Assembly: GCA_035063585.1 (NCBI GenBank) | Contig: JAPSGB010000011.1 | Span: 64,001-128,000, forward strand | DNA: 64,000 bases | Origin: Polyangiaceae bacterium | Lineage (GTDB): Bacteria; Myxococcota_A; Polyangia; Polyangiales; Polyangiaceae | Reading direction: 5' to 3' | Shown: positions 33,796-44,100 of the stretch, in pieces | Position numbering within the stretch: the stretch's first letter is position 1 | Layout of the letters: the number at the start of each line of letters is the position of its first letter | Made by a program: the position numbers and the translations under genes | The notes under the pieces: generated by a model | The model's database searches: none | Told to the model about the DNA's origin: nothing | Seen by the model: the letters and a program-made list of their open reading frames with translations, nothing else

Positions 33796-35148
33796 ATGTC
33801 CGAACCCCTGTCCCGCGCGCGGATGCGAGAGCTCTTGGGCACGCGGCGCATCGAGCACGTGGTCGTGCTCGGCGCGAACGGCACCATGGGCTACGGCTCG
33901 GGCGCGCTCTTCGCGCGTTCGGCGGCGCGCGTCACCTTCCTCGCGCGCACCCGCGACAAGGCCGCGGAGGGGCTCGCCCGCGCGGTGAAGCAGGTGCGCT
34001 CGCCCGCCATCGCCGAGCGGGTCGCGCTCGGCTCGTACGACGCCGACCTCGAGCGCGCGGTCGCCGAGGCGGATCTCGTGTTCGAGGCGGTCGCCGAAGA
34101 TCCGGCGGTGAAGCGCCCGCTCTTCGAGCGCATCGACGCCGCTCGCCGCCCGGACGCGATCGTCTCGACGGTGACCTCGGGGCTCAGCATCAACCAGCTC
34201 GGCGAGGGGCGGAGCGCGTCGTTCCGGCGGCATTTCCTGGGGCTCCATTTCTTCAACCCACCGAACGTGATCGCCGGCACCGAGCTCGTGCCGGGCCGGG
34301 AGACGGACGCGGCGCTCACCGACTTCGTCGAGGCCTACGCGACCCTCGAGCTCGGCCGCGTGACGGTGCGTACCGAAGACACCCCGGGGTTCGCCGGCAA
34401 TCGCGTGGGGTTCAAGGTGCTGAACGAGGCCGCCGGGCTCGCGCTCGAGCACGGGCCGATGCTCACGGATCGTCTCATCGGACCTTACACGGGCAGGGCG
34501 CTCGCGCCGCTCGCGACCATCGATTTGGTGGGATGGGACGTCCACGCCGCCATCGTCGACAACGTGTTCGCGAACACGGACGACGAGGCGCACGCCGCGC
34601 TCGCGCTCCCCGCCTTCATGCGGGAGCTCATCGGAAAGGGAGTCCTCGGCCGAAAGTCGGGCGGCGGGTTCTTCAAGCGGGACGCCGAGAAGCGAAAGCT
34701 CGTGCTGGAGCCGAAGACGGGGGACTACACGCTCGCGAGCGAGGTGACGCTCCCCGCGCTCCCCTTCATCGAGCGGGTGAGCGAGCGGCACCGCTACGGG
34801 GACTACCGCGGCGCGCTCGCCGAGCTCGCCCGCGCCGAGGGCGAGTACGCTCGGCTCGCGAAGCGCGTGCTCGCGGGCTACGTGAGCTACGCGCTCCACC
34901 GCGTGGGCGAGGTCACGCGCTCGCTCCGCGAGCTCGATCTCATCATGGGATTCGGCTTCAACTGGGCGCCGCCCGGGGTGCTCATCGACGCCTTCGGGGC
35001 GAGCGTCATGGCGGACCTGATGGAAGCCTCGGGCGTGCCGGTGCCGGCGGCGCTCGAGCGCGCGCGGCGCGGCGAGGCGCCGCGCTTCTACGACGACCGC
35101 GCGACCGGGATCGGCAGGTTCTTCGTCGCGGCCCCCGCCGCGAGCTGA
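33796..35148 (+). CDS. 3-hydroxyacyl-CoA dehydrogenase family protein
   Basis: GANGTMG, EAVAED, TSGLS, GLHFFNPP, PGFAGNR, GRKSGGGF. Confidence 0.88.
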   Translation: MSEPLSRARMRELLGTRRIEHVVVLGANGTMGYGSGALFARSAARVTFLARTRDKAAEGLARAVKQVRSPAIAERVALGSYDADLERAVAEADLVFEAVAEDPAVKRPLFERIDAARRPDAIVSTVTSGLSINQLGEGRSASFRRHFLGLHFFNPPNVIAGTELVPGRETDAALTDFVEAYATLELGRVTVRTEDTPGFAGNRVGFKVLNEAAGLALEHGPMLTDRLIGPYTGRALAPLATIDLVGWDVHAAIVDNVFANTDDEAHAALALPAFMRELIGKGVLGRKSGGGFFKRDAEKRKLVLEPKTGDYTLASEVTLPALPFIERVSERHRYGDYRGALAELARAEGEYARLAKRVLAGYVSYALHRVGEVTRSLRELDLIMGFGFNWAPPGVLIDAFGASVMADLMEASGVPVPAALERARRGEAPRFYDDRATGIGRFFVAAPAAS

Positions 35149-35159
35149 AAAGAGGCGAG

Positions 35160-36389
35160 ATGACCCGCGACGTGTACGTGCTCGGCGGCTACCAGACGGA
35201 TTTTTCGCGGAACTTCGCGAAGGAGAACAAGCACCTGCTCGCGCTCATGCGCGAGGCGGTGGAGGGCGCGCTCGGCGCGACCGGCGTCGCGCCCGGCGAC
35301 ATCGACGTCGCTCACGTCGGCAATTTCGCCGCCGAGCTCTACGCCATGCAGGGTCACCTCGGCGCGTTCTTCGTCGAGCTCGATCCGGTGTTCACGGGGC
35401 TGCCGACCTCGCGACACGAGGCGGCCTGCGCCTCGGGGAGCATCGCCGCGCTCGCCGCCTCGGCCGAGCTCGAGGCGGGGCGCTACGAGCTCGCGTGCGT
35501 GGTCGGCGTCGAGCAGATGAAGACCGTAGAGGCCGCGCGCGGCGGTGACTTTCTCGGCACCGCCGCCTTCTACGAGCGGGAGGCGAAGGGCGTCGAGTTC
35601 CCGTTCCCGAAGCTCTTCGGTAGGCTCGGTGACGAGTACGACCGGCGCTACGGGCTCGACGACGCGCACCTCGCGAAGCTCAGCGCGAAGAACTACGCCA
35701 ACGCGCGGCGTAACCCGAACGCCCAGACGCGAAGCTGGACCATGAGCGAGGCGCACGCGCTCTGTCGCACGAGCGACAACCCGGCGGTCGGCGGGCGGCT
35801 CCGCGTGAGCGACTGCTCGCAGGTCACCGACGGAGCCGCGGTGGTGCTGCTCGCGGCGGGCGAGGCGGCCCGGCGCCACGCGCGCCGGCTCGGCGTGCCG
35901 CTCGAGTCGCTCCCGCGCCTACGCGGCTGGGGCCACCGCACGGCCCGGCTCGCGTTCGCCGACAAGATCGCCGCGAGCGCGGGCGCGCGCTACGTCCTCC
36001 CCGAGGTGCGCGCGACCATCGAGGACGCCTACCGGCGCGCGGGCATCGCGGGCCCCGAAGCGCTCGACGTCATCGAGACCCACGACTGCTTTACGACCTC
36101 CGAGTACATGGCGATCGATCACTTCGGGCTGACGCCGCCCGGCGAGAGCTGGCGAGCCATCGAGGACGGCTCGCTCGAGCTCGGCGGGCGGCTCCCGGTG
36201 AACCCGAGCGGCGGGCTCATCGGCGCCGGTCACCCGGTGGGCGCGACCGGCGTGCGCCAGCTCCTCGACGCCTGGAAGCAGGTGAGCGATAGCGCCGGCG
36301 ATTACCAAGTGGAGGGCGCCAAGACGGCCGCCACCTTGAACCTCGGCGGCACCGCGACCACCAGCGTGAGCTTCGTGGTCGGCGTCTGA
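35160..36389 (+). CDS. Thiolase (SCP2-type acetyl-CoA acetyltransferase)
   Basis: EAACASG, HDCF, NPSGGL..GHPVGATG. Confidence 0.9.
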   Translation: MTRDVYVLGGYQTDFSRNFAKENKHLLALMREAVEGALGATGVAPGDIDVAHVGNFAAELYAMQGHLGAFFVELDPVFTGLPTSRHEAACASGSIAALAASAELEAGRYELACVVGVEQMKTVEAARGGDFLGTAAFYEREAKGVEFPFPKLFGRLGDEYDRRYGLDDAHLAKLSAKNYANARRNPNAQTRSWTMSEAHALCRTSDNPAVGGRLRVSDCSQVTDGAAVVLLAAGEAARRHARRLGVPLESLPRLRGWGHRTARLAFADKIAASAGARYVLPEVRATIEDAYRRAGIAGPEALDVIETHDCFTTSEYMAIDHFGLTPPGESWRAIEDGSLELGGRLPVNPSGGLIGAGHPVGATGVRQLLDAWKQVSDSAGDYQVEGAKTAATLNLGGTATTSVSFVVGV

Positions 36390-36432
36390 CGGTGGGGAGC
36401 GCCACGGGCGCCGCGCGAGCCCGCCGCTGGCG

Positions 36433-36461
36433 CGCCGCGCCGCCGGCCGCGACGGACCGGC
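36433..36461 (+). repeat. 29-bp direct repeat, copy 2
   Basis: Identical to 33622-33650. Confidence 0.8.
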
Positions 36462-36518
36462 CCACCCGAGCCGGCGCTCGGGCGCGGCGCTCGCGGCCGC
36501 GCGCCGCTCACCCCGAGC

Positions 36519-37994
36519 TCACCGCGCGCCGAGCGCGGCCTCGAGCTTCTCGCACAGCGTGCGGAGGATCTTCACGCGGGCGTAGCGCTTGTCGTTCGCT
36601 TCGATGAGCGTCCAGCGGGCAAACTCGGTGCTGGTGCGCGCGATCATGTCGCTCGCGGCGAGCTCGTAGAGGGTCATCTTCTCGCGGTTTCGGTAGTCTT
36701 CCGGGGTGATCTTGTACTTTTTCCACGGGGCGCGCTCGCGCTCCTGGAAGCGCCGGAGCTGTTCGTCGGCGCTGATGTGGAGCCAGAATTTCACGAGCAC
36801 GATGCCGTGCTCGACGAGCTGCTCCTCGAAGTCGTTGATCTCCTTGTAGGCGCGCATCCACGCCGCCTCGCTCGCGAACCCTTCGGCGCGCTCGACCAGC
36901 ACCCGGCCGTACCAGGTGCGATCGTAAATCGTGAGCCGCCCGAGGCGCGGGAGGTGCCGCCAGAAGCGCCAGAGGTAATGGTGCGCGCGCTCCTCGTCGG
37001 TGGGCGCGGCGATCGGGATCACGCGGTACGAGCGCGCGTCGAGCGCGTGGGTGATGCGGCGGATGGCGCCGCCCTTGCCGGCCGCGTCCCAGCCCTCGAA
37101 GGCGAGGATCGCGCCGACCTGCCGCTTCGGCATCTTGCGCGAGAGCCGGTTCAGCCGCGCCTGGAGCGCGGCGAGCTCGCGCTCGTAGTCCGGCTTCGGG
37201 AGCGACCTCGAGAGATCGAGCGTGTCGAGGATGGTCTCGGGGTTCTGGACGCTGGCGCTCGGCGCGAGCGCGCGCTCGGCGACCGGCGCGGTGAGGCGCT
37301 GATCGATGCGCTCGACGATGTGGCGCGCGACGAACACGTCGCGGTGGCGCGCGTCCGTGCCCTCGACCAGCGTCCACGGCGCGCTCCCGGTGCTCGTCTG
37401 CCGGAGGGTGCGGGCGCAGATGCGGCGGAAGGAGTCGTAGAGGGCGTGATGCCTCCAGTCGCGCTTCTTCACCCGCCAGCGGGTGCCCTTCGAGGATTGG
37501 AGCTCCTCGAAGCGGCGCTTCTGCTGCTCGCGGCTCACGTGAAACCAGAGCTTGATGACGAGCGCGCCGTCGGCGACGAGCGCGGCCTCGAACGCGTTCA
37601 CCCGCACGAGCTCGGCGTCGAGCTCGCGGTCGTTGGTCGTGCCGTAGGCGCGATCGAGGATGGGCTTCGTGTACCAGGAGCCGAAGAAGATCCCGACCCG
37701 CCCGCGCGGCGGGAGCCACATCCAGAAGCGCCAGTAGGGCGGGCGCTGGCGCTCCTCTTCGGTCGGGGGAGCGTAGGCGCGGGTGTCGAGGTAGCGCGCG
37801 TCCATCCACTCGTGCAGGCGGTTGATGCAGTCGCCCTTGCCGGCGCCGTCGACGCCGTTCACGAGGATGAGCACGGGAAAATCCGCGTCCGCGAGCGCCT
37901 TCTGCACGCGAAGGAGCGCCGTCCGCACTCCGGGGACCGCCTCCTCGTACTCCTCCTTGCCAAGCCGCCTGCCGAGCTCCGCCGTCTCGAACAT
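36519..37994 (-). CDS. pap: Polyphosphate:AMP phosphotransferase (two-domain PPK2)
   Basis: MFETAELG start; two Walker A motifs (GVDGAGKG, EGWDAAGKGG); DRTWYGRVLVER. Confidence 0.92.
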   Translation of the reverse strand: MFETAELGRRLGKEEYEEAVPGVRTALLRVQKALADADFPVLILVNGVDGAGKGDCINRLHEWMDARYLDTRAYAPPTEEERQRPPYWRFWMWLPPRGRVGIFFGSWYTKPILDRAYGTTNDRELDAELVRVNAFEAALVADGALVIKLWFHVSREQQKRRFEELQSSKGTRWRVKKRDWRHHALYDSFRRICARTLRQTSTGSAPWTLVEGTDARHRDVFVARHIVERIDQRLTAPVAERALAPSASVQNPETILDTLDLSRSLPKPDYERELAALQARLNRLSRKMPKRQVGAILAFEGWDAAGKGGAIRRITHALDARSYRVIPIAAPTDEERAHHYLWRFWRHLPRLGRLTIYDRTWYGRVLVERAEGFASEAAWMRAYKEINDFEEQLVEHGIVLVKFWLHISADEQLRRFQERERAPWKKYKITPEDYRNREKMTLYELAASDMIARTSTEFARWTLIEANDKRYARVKILRTLCEKLEAALGAR

Positions 37995-38156
37995 GCTCGC
38001 CTCCTTCGATTCCCGCGCTTGCGTCGTAGTAGCACCGCTCTCGATGATGCGTCGCGTCAATCGGGGGCCGTGGCGTGGCGCATCTCCCCAGGGAAGCCGG
38101 GGATTCTGTTACCGTACCTTCCCGGCCATCTTCGCCGCCGGAGTGATGGGGTACCC

Positions 38157-41100
38157 GTGTCCACGGACGTTCCGAAGCCGCCCACCAAAAGCCCGAGCGG
38201 AGCGCGCGCGCTCCGGCTCGAAGAACTGACCGCGCTGCTCGAGCAGCCGCTCGAGCTCCCCGACGCCGTGCTCGAGACCTTGGTGACCGCCATGGCCAAG
38301 GGCCAGCCGCACCCGGAGCTCTTCCGAGCGCTCCACGACGCCGCGGAGCGGAGCGACAAGCTCGCCGAGCTCGCCTTCGCCTACGAGCACGTCACCGCCG
38401 ATCGGCGCGTGAAGCTGCTCCAGGCACCGATGCAAGCCGAGCTCCACCTGAACGCGGCGCGCTTCTTCGGCGAGGTGTTCGGGGACTCCGACGGCGCCGT
38501 GAAGTACGCCGAGCGCGCGCTCTCCGCGGCGCCGGGGAGCGGCGAGGCGGTCGAGCTCATCGAGCGCCTGCTCCGGGGCGCGCCCGACTCGTCGCGGCTC
38601 GTGAAGATCCTGGTCGACGCCTCGAGCGCGGAGCGCGAGCGCGAGCGGCAGGCGGCGCTGCTCGCGCGCGCCGCCGGGCACCTCGAGGCCGCGCCCGACG
38701 CGCATGAGCTCGCCATCGACGTGTACCAGCGGCTGCTTCGGGTCGAGCCCGGCGCGGCCGGCGTCCGGAGCGCGCTCGAGGCGCGGCTCACCCAGGCGGG
38801 TCGCCCTCGCGACGCCGCGAAGCTGCTCGAGGCGGCGCTCGCCGGCGACGTCGCGGCGGTGCCCGCCGAGGACGCGCTCGCGATGCGCGCGCGACTGGTC
38901 TCGCTCTACGCGGGCGCGCTCGGCGAGCTCCCGCGCGCGCTGCCGCACGTCGAGGTGCTGCTCGCCGCGCGCCCGGCCGACGCCGCGGCGCTCGCCGCGG
39001 CCGAGGCGCTGCTCGAGCACAAGGTGTCGGCGCCCCGCGCGACGGCCGCGCTCTCGGACGCCTACGAGCAGCTCGGGCGGCTGCCCGAGGCGGCTGCGAT
39101 GCTCTCGCGGGAGCTCAAGGTGGTGCGCGGGCCGCGCCGGATGGACGTGCAGCGGCGGCTCGCGATCCTGCGCCAGGACGTGCTCGGCGACGCCACCGGC
39201 GCGCTCGAGCTGCTCGGTCCGGTGGTGGCCGCCGATCCGGGCGACGACGCCCTGCGCGAGCGCTACGTCGCGCTCGCGCTCGAGCTCGGCCAGCCGCAGG
39301 AGGCCGCGCGGCTGCTCGCGCGGGCGCTCACCACCTGCAAGGCTCCGGCGGTGCGCGCCCGCGTCGGCGCGGACGTCGGGCGCGTGTTCCTCGCGGCGGG
39401 CGACAAGCGCCGCGCCGAGGCTGCGCTCGCGCTCATCCTCGACGAGCGCCACGACGACGCGGCGGTGCTCGCCGCTGCGCGGCTGCTGGTCGAGCTCCAC
39501 GCCGACAGCGGTGACCCCGCGGCGCTCGCCGCCGCCCTCGAGCACGTGGTGCGGCTCGAGCCCGATCCGAACAGCCGGCACGCCGCTGCGCGCCGCCTGG
39601 TTCGGATGAGCGAGGGGGAGGGCGGAGAGCCGGCGCGGGCCGCGGTCGGGTGGCGCGCGCTCATCGACTCGCCGTGGGCGGACGAGGCGCTCGGCAAGCT
39701 CGAGGCGCTCTACGAAGCGTCGGGAGACGTCGAGGGCGCCATCGAGGTGCTCGAGCGGCGCGCGGAGCGCGCCAAGGATCGCGAGGCAGGGCGCGCGCTC
39801 GCCTTCAAGGCGGCCGAGCTTCGCTCGAGCCGCTCGCGAGACCGCCGGGCCGCGCTCGGCGCGTGGCGCGGGTTCGTCGCGACCTACGGTGCGTCGCGCG
39901 AGGCGCACGCGCGCCTCGCGCCGCTGCTCGAGCAAGAGAAGGAGTGGGCGGAGCTCGTGTGGCTCCTCGAGCGCGAGCTCGAGCTCGCGCCGCTGGAGGA
40001 GCGCGCGGCGCTCTGGGCGCGCATCGGTCAGCTGCGGCTCGGCCCGCTCGGGGACTCCGCGGGCGCGCTCGCGGCGTTCGGCGAGGCGCTCCGGCTCGAG
40101 CCCTCGGAACGAGCGAGTCGCGCCGCGCTCGAGAAGCTGCTCGGCGCGGGCGACGCGCGGCTCGCCGCCGCCGCCATCCTCGAGCCGCTCTACCGCGCCG
40201 AGGAGCCGAGCACCTCGCTCCTCCGCGTGCTCGAGGCCCGAGGCGAGCTCGCTCCGACGCCCGCCGAGCGGCTCGCCGCGCTCGGCGAAGCCGCGGACAC
40301 GGCCGAGCGCGCGCTCGGCGATCCGACGCGCGCGCTCCGGCTCGCGGGCGAGGGGCTCGCGCTCGCGGCCGGGGCGCTCCCGACCGAGGTGCCCGCGTGG
40401 CTCGCGCGCGCGCAGGCGCTCGCCAGCGTGGTCGCCGATCCGGCGGCGCGGGCCGCCGCGCTCGCCCCCGCCGTCGAGGGGCGAGCGGTGGACTCAGCGG
40501 CCCTGCTCGAGGTGGCGCGCGCCGCGGGTGAGGCGCTCGGGCTCGCGGGCGAGGTGCCCCGCGCGATCGAGATCTACCGCGCGGCGCTCGCGTTCGAGCC
40601 TGCCTCGAGCGAGCTGCTCGCGCGCGTGGACGAGCTGCTCGCGCAGCAGGGGAGCCCGGGTGAGCGGCTCGCGCTCTACGAGACCGCGCTCGCGCAGGCG
40701 ACCGAGCCGGTCCGCCGCCGCGAGCTCCTGCATGCGACCGCCGCGCTCCGGCGGCGCGAGCTCGACGATCTCCCCGGCGCGATCGCGATTTGGCGCGCCG
40801 TGCTCGCCGAGGATCCGGACGATTTCGCGGCGCATCAGGCGCTGGTGCAGGCGCTCGGCGAGCGCGGTGAGCGCGACGCGCTCCGCGCGGAGCTCGAGCG
40901 CGCGCTCGGTCGCGCCGAGGGTGAGCGGCGCGACGCGCTCCGCGCGCGGCTCGCCGAGGCGCTCGCCGACGACGGCGAGGTGGCCGGCGCGCTCGAGCAC
41001 TATCGCGCGCTCCTCGAGCACGCGGAGCTCGACGACGAGGTGCTCGCGCGGATCGAGCGGCTGGCGCGCGCTCACGGCGACGCGCCCAGCCTCGAGCAGG

Positions 41101-44100
41101 TCCTCGCCCGGCGGCTGGCGCGCACCGACGCGCCCGCGCTCCGCGCCGAGCTCCTCGAGGAGTACGGCGACGTCATCGCGGCCGCGGGCGGCCCCGACGA
41201 GCGGGCGACCCGCGCCTGGCTCGAGGGCGCGCGCGCGGCGCTCGGCGTCGAGGAGCGCGAGCGCGCGGAGCGGCTCTATGAGCGCGTGCGGGCGGTCGCG
41301 CCCTCCGAGCGTGAGGCGCCCGAGGCGCTCTTCGAGCTGGCGGCGCAGAGCGGCCGGTGGGCGCGCGCGGCGGAGCTCTTCGCGGCGCTGGCGCCGCTCG
41401 TCGAGCCGCGCGACGCGGCGAGCTTGCTCGACGGGGTCGAGCCGGCCGCCCTCGCCGCCGGCGCGATCGAGGCGGTAGTAGACATGCTCGACGCGCTCGC
41501 CACCGATCCGCGCGTGGAACCTGCGCGCGGCCGCGAGCTCTCGCTCCGGCGCGCCCGCGCCCTCGCCGCGAACCCCGCTCGTCGCGACGACGCGGCGGCG
41601 GCCTTCCGGCAGCTCATCGAGGCTCCCGGCGAGCTCGCGGCCGCCGCGCTCGAGGGGTTCGGCGCCTTCCTCGCGAGCGCCCCCGAGCGCGTGGCGGATC
41701 GGCGCTGGCTACACGAGCGGCGCGTGGCGCGGGCGGCAGACCCGATCGGCGCGCTCATCGACTGGGCCGGCCTCGAGGAGCGTGAGCTCGGCGCGCCCGG
41801 GGCGGCTCTCGGGCTCTACCGGCGCGCCTTCGAGCTCGACGCGGAGCGCGCCGACGTGCTGGCGGAGATCGCGCGGCTCGAGGAGCAGACGGGCGACCTG
41901 GAGGCTGCGCTCGCCAGCCTCGAAGCGCTCCGCGACCGCTCCGAGGGCGAGGCGCGGCTCGCCGCCGAGGTGTCGAGGGCGGGGCTCCTCCTCGGCGCGC
42001 TCGGGCGACCGCTCGACGCGCTCGACGTCCTCGAGCCGCTCATCGAGGCGGCGCCCGGCGACGCTGCCCTGCTCCGGCTCGCGCACGAGGCGCTCGGCCA
42101 GCAGGCTTCGCGCGCGCGCGCCGCGGCGCTGCTCGAGCGCGCCGCCGGCGCGGCCGACGATCCGGCGGCGCGCGCGCGCGTCCTCGAGGCGCTGCTCGAG
42201 GTCTCGGGCGCGACGCCCGAGCTGTCGGGCGCGCGCGTGCGCTGGATGAAGCAGCTCCTCGAGGTCCGCGCCGACGCGCCGCGCGAGGCGCTCGCGCTCG
42301 CGCTCCGCGGCGCGCTCGAGGCGCCCGCCGAGGGCGCGCTCTGGGACGCCGCCGAGCGGTTCGCGCGCGAGCTCGACGAGCCGGCGCCGGTCGCCGAGGC
42401 GTTCGCCCGGGCGCTCGAACGCCCGATGCCTCCCGAGGCGACCGACGAGCTTGCCCGCCGGATGATCGATTTCCAGGAAGAGTGGTTCGACGATCCGGCC
42501 CGGGTGGTCGAGCTGCTCGGGCGAGTCGTCGAGCTCAGCCCGCACGCGGACTGGGCCTTCGACCGCCTGAAGCTCGCCTACAACGCGGCGGGTCGCTGGT
42601 CCGAGCTCTTCGCGCTCTACGATCGCGCGCTCGAGCGCAGCGCAGACGAGCGCGTCCGCGTCGAGCTGCTCCGGGAGGCGGCCATGGCGGCCAAGGATTT
42701 CGCCGCCGACACCGAGCGCGCCATCGACTACCTCGAGCGCCTCGAGCGCGCGAGCCCGGGCGATCCGCGCGTCGACGCGGCGCTCGAGCGCCTGTACGAG
42801 CGTGACGGCCGCTACCGCCCGCTCATCGAGCTCTTGTCGCGCCGCCTGGGTGGGATGGGCGACGCGGCCGGCGGCGAGCTGCGGGAGCGGATCGCGGCGC
42901 TCTGGCTCGAGCTCGGCGAGGCCCTGCCGGCCTTCGAGCTCCTCGCGAGCGGCGAGGCGGGGGGAGAGGCGTCGCCGGTGGCCGTAGAGCTCCTCGAGCG
43001 GCTGGTCGCGCTGCCCGCGTCGCGCGACACCGTGGCGCCCACCTCGGGAGGCAAGCGCCGCAAGCGAAACTACTCGGTGCGAGATCGCGTGGCGGCCCGG
43101 CTGCGAGAGCACTACGCGGCGGTCGGGCGCACCGCCGACAAGGCGCGCATGCTCGAGATCGAGCTCGAGGTCGCGCAGAACGACCAGGACCGGATCCGGC
43201 GGCTCGAGGAGCTCGTCACGCTGCGGCTCGACGAGCTCGGCGACGAAGCGGGCGCGTTCGACAACCTGGCCGCGCTGGTGCGCCTCGACCCCGAGAACCG
43301 TGACTTTCGCGCGCGGCTGGCCGAGCTCGCGCGCCGCACCGACGACTACCGCCGCTACGCGGAGCTCTTGACGCTGGTCGCCCGGGGCACCGACGCGCGC
43401 GCGCTCCGGCTCTCGCTCCTCGCGGAGGCCGCGCCGGTCGTCGAGCGCGAGCTCGGTGACCGGCCGGCGGCCATTCGGCTCTACTCCGAGGTGCTCGAGC
43501 TCGCCGCGAAGGAGCCGGCCGAGGCGCTCTCGGCCGCGCGCGCCCTCGACGGGCTGCTGCTCGCGGCGGGGGACTCGGCGGCGCGGGCGAGCGTGCTCGA
43601 GCGCCGGGCCGAGCTCGAAGAAGAGCGTGAGCTGCGGCGCGCGGCGCTCGGAGAGGTCGCGCGCATCGCGGCCGAGGAGCTCGGTGAGCTCGACCGCGCG
43701 ATCTCCGCGTGGCGCGCGCGGCTCGCGGACGACGCTGCCGACGGCCCCGCGCTCGACGGCCTGTGCCGGACCCTCGAGGCCGCGAGGCGCTGGCCCGAGC
43801 TGGTCCAGGCGCTCACGGAGCGCGCGGCCCGAGCCCAGGCTCGCTCCCTCGCGCGTGCCGACCGGGTGCGCGTGGCCGCCGTGCAGGCCGGTGAGCTCGG
43901 CAAGCCGGGCGCCGCCATCGACACCTGGCGCGGGCTGCGCGCCGAGTGGGGCGCGGATGACGAGAGCTTCGAGGCGCTGGTCGGGCTCTTCGGACGGACC
44001 GCGCGCTGGGACGACCTCGCGGAGCTGCTCGCGAGCGAGGCCGAGGGCTCGCTCGATGCGGAGCGTCGCCGCGCGCTCTTCGAGCGCCTCGGCGCGCTGC

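Noticed and set aside
36777..38156. N-terminal 460 aa of the 3952-aa ORF
   Set aside because: Lies antisense to pap; TPR-like sequence begins only after about 38157.
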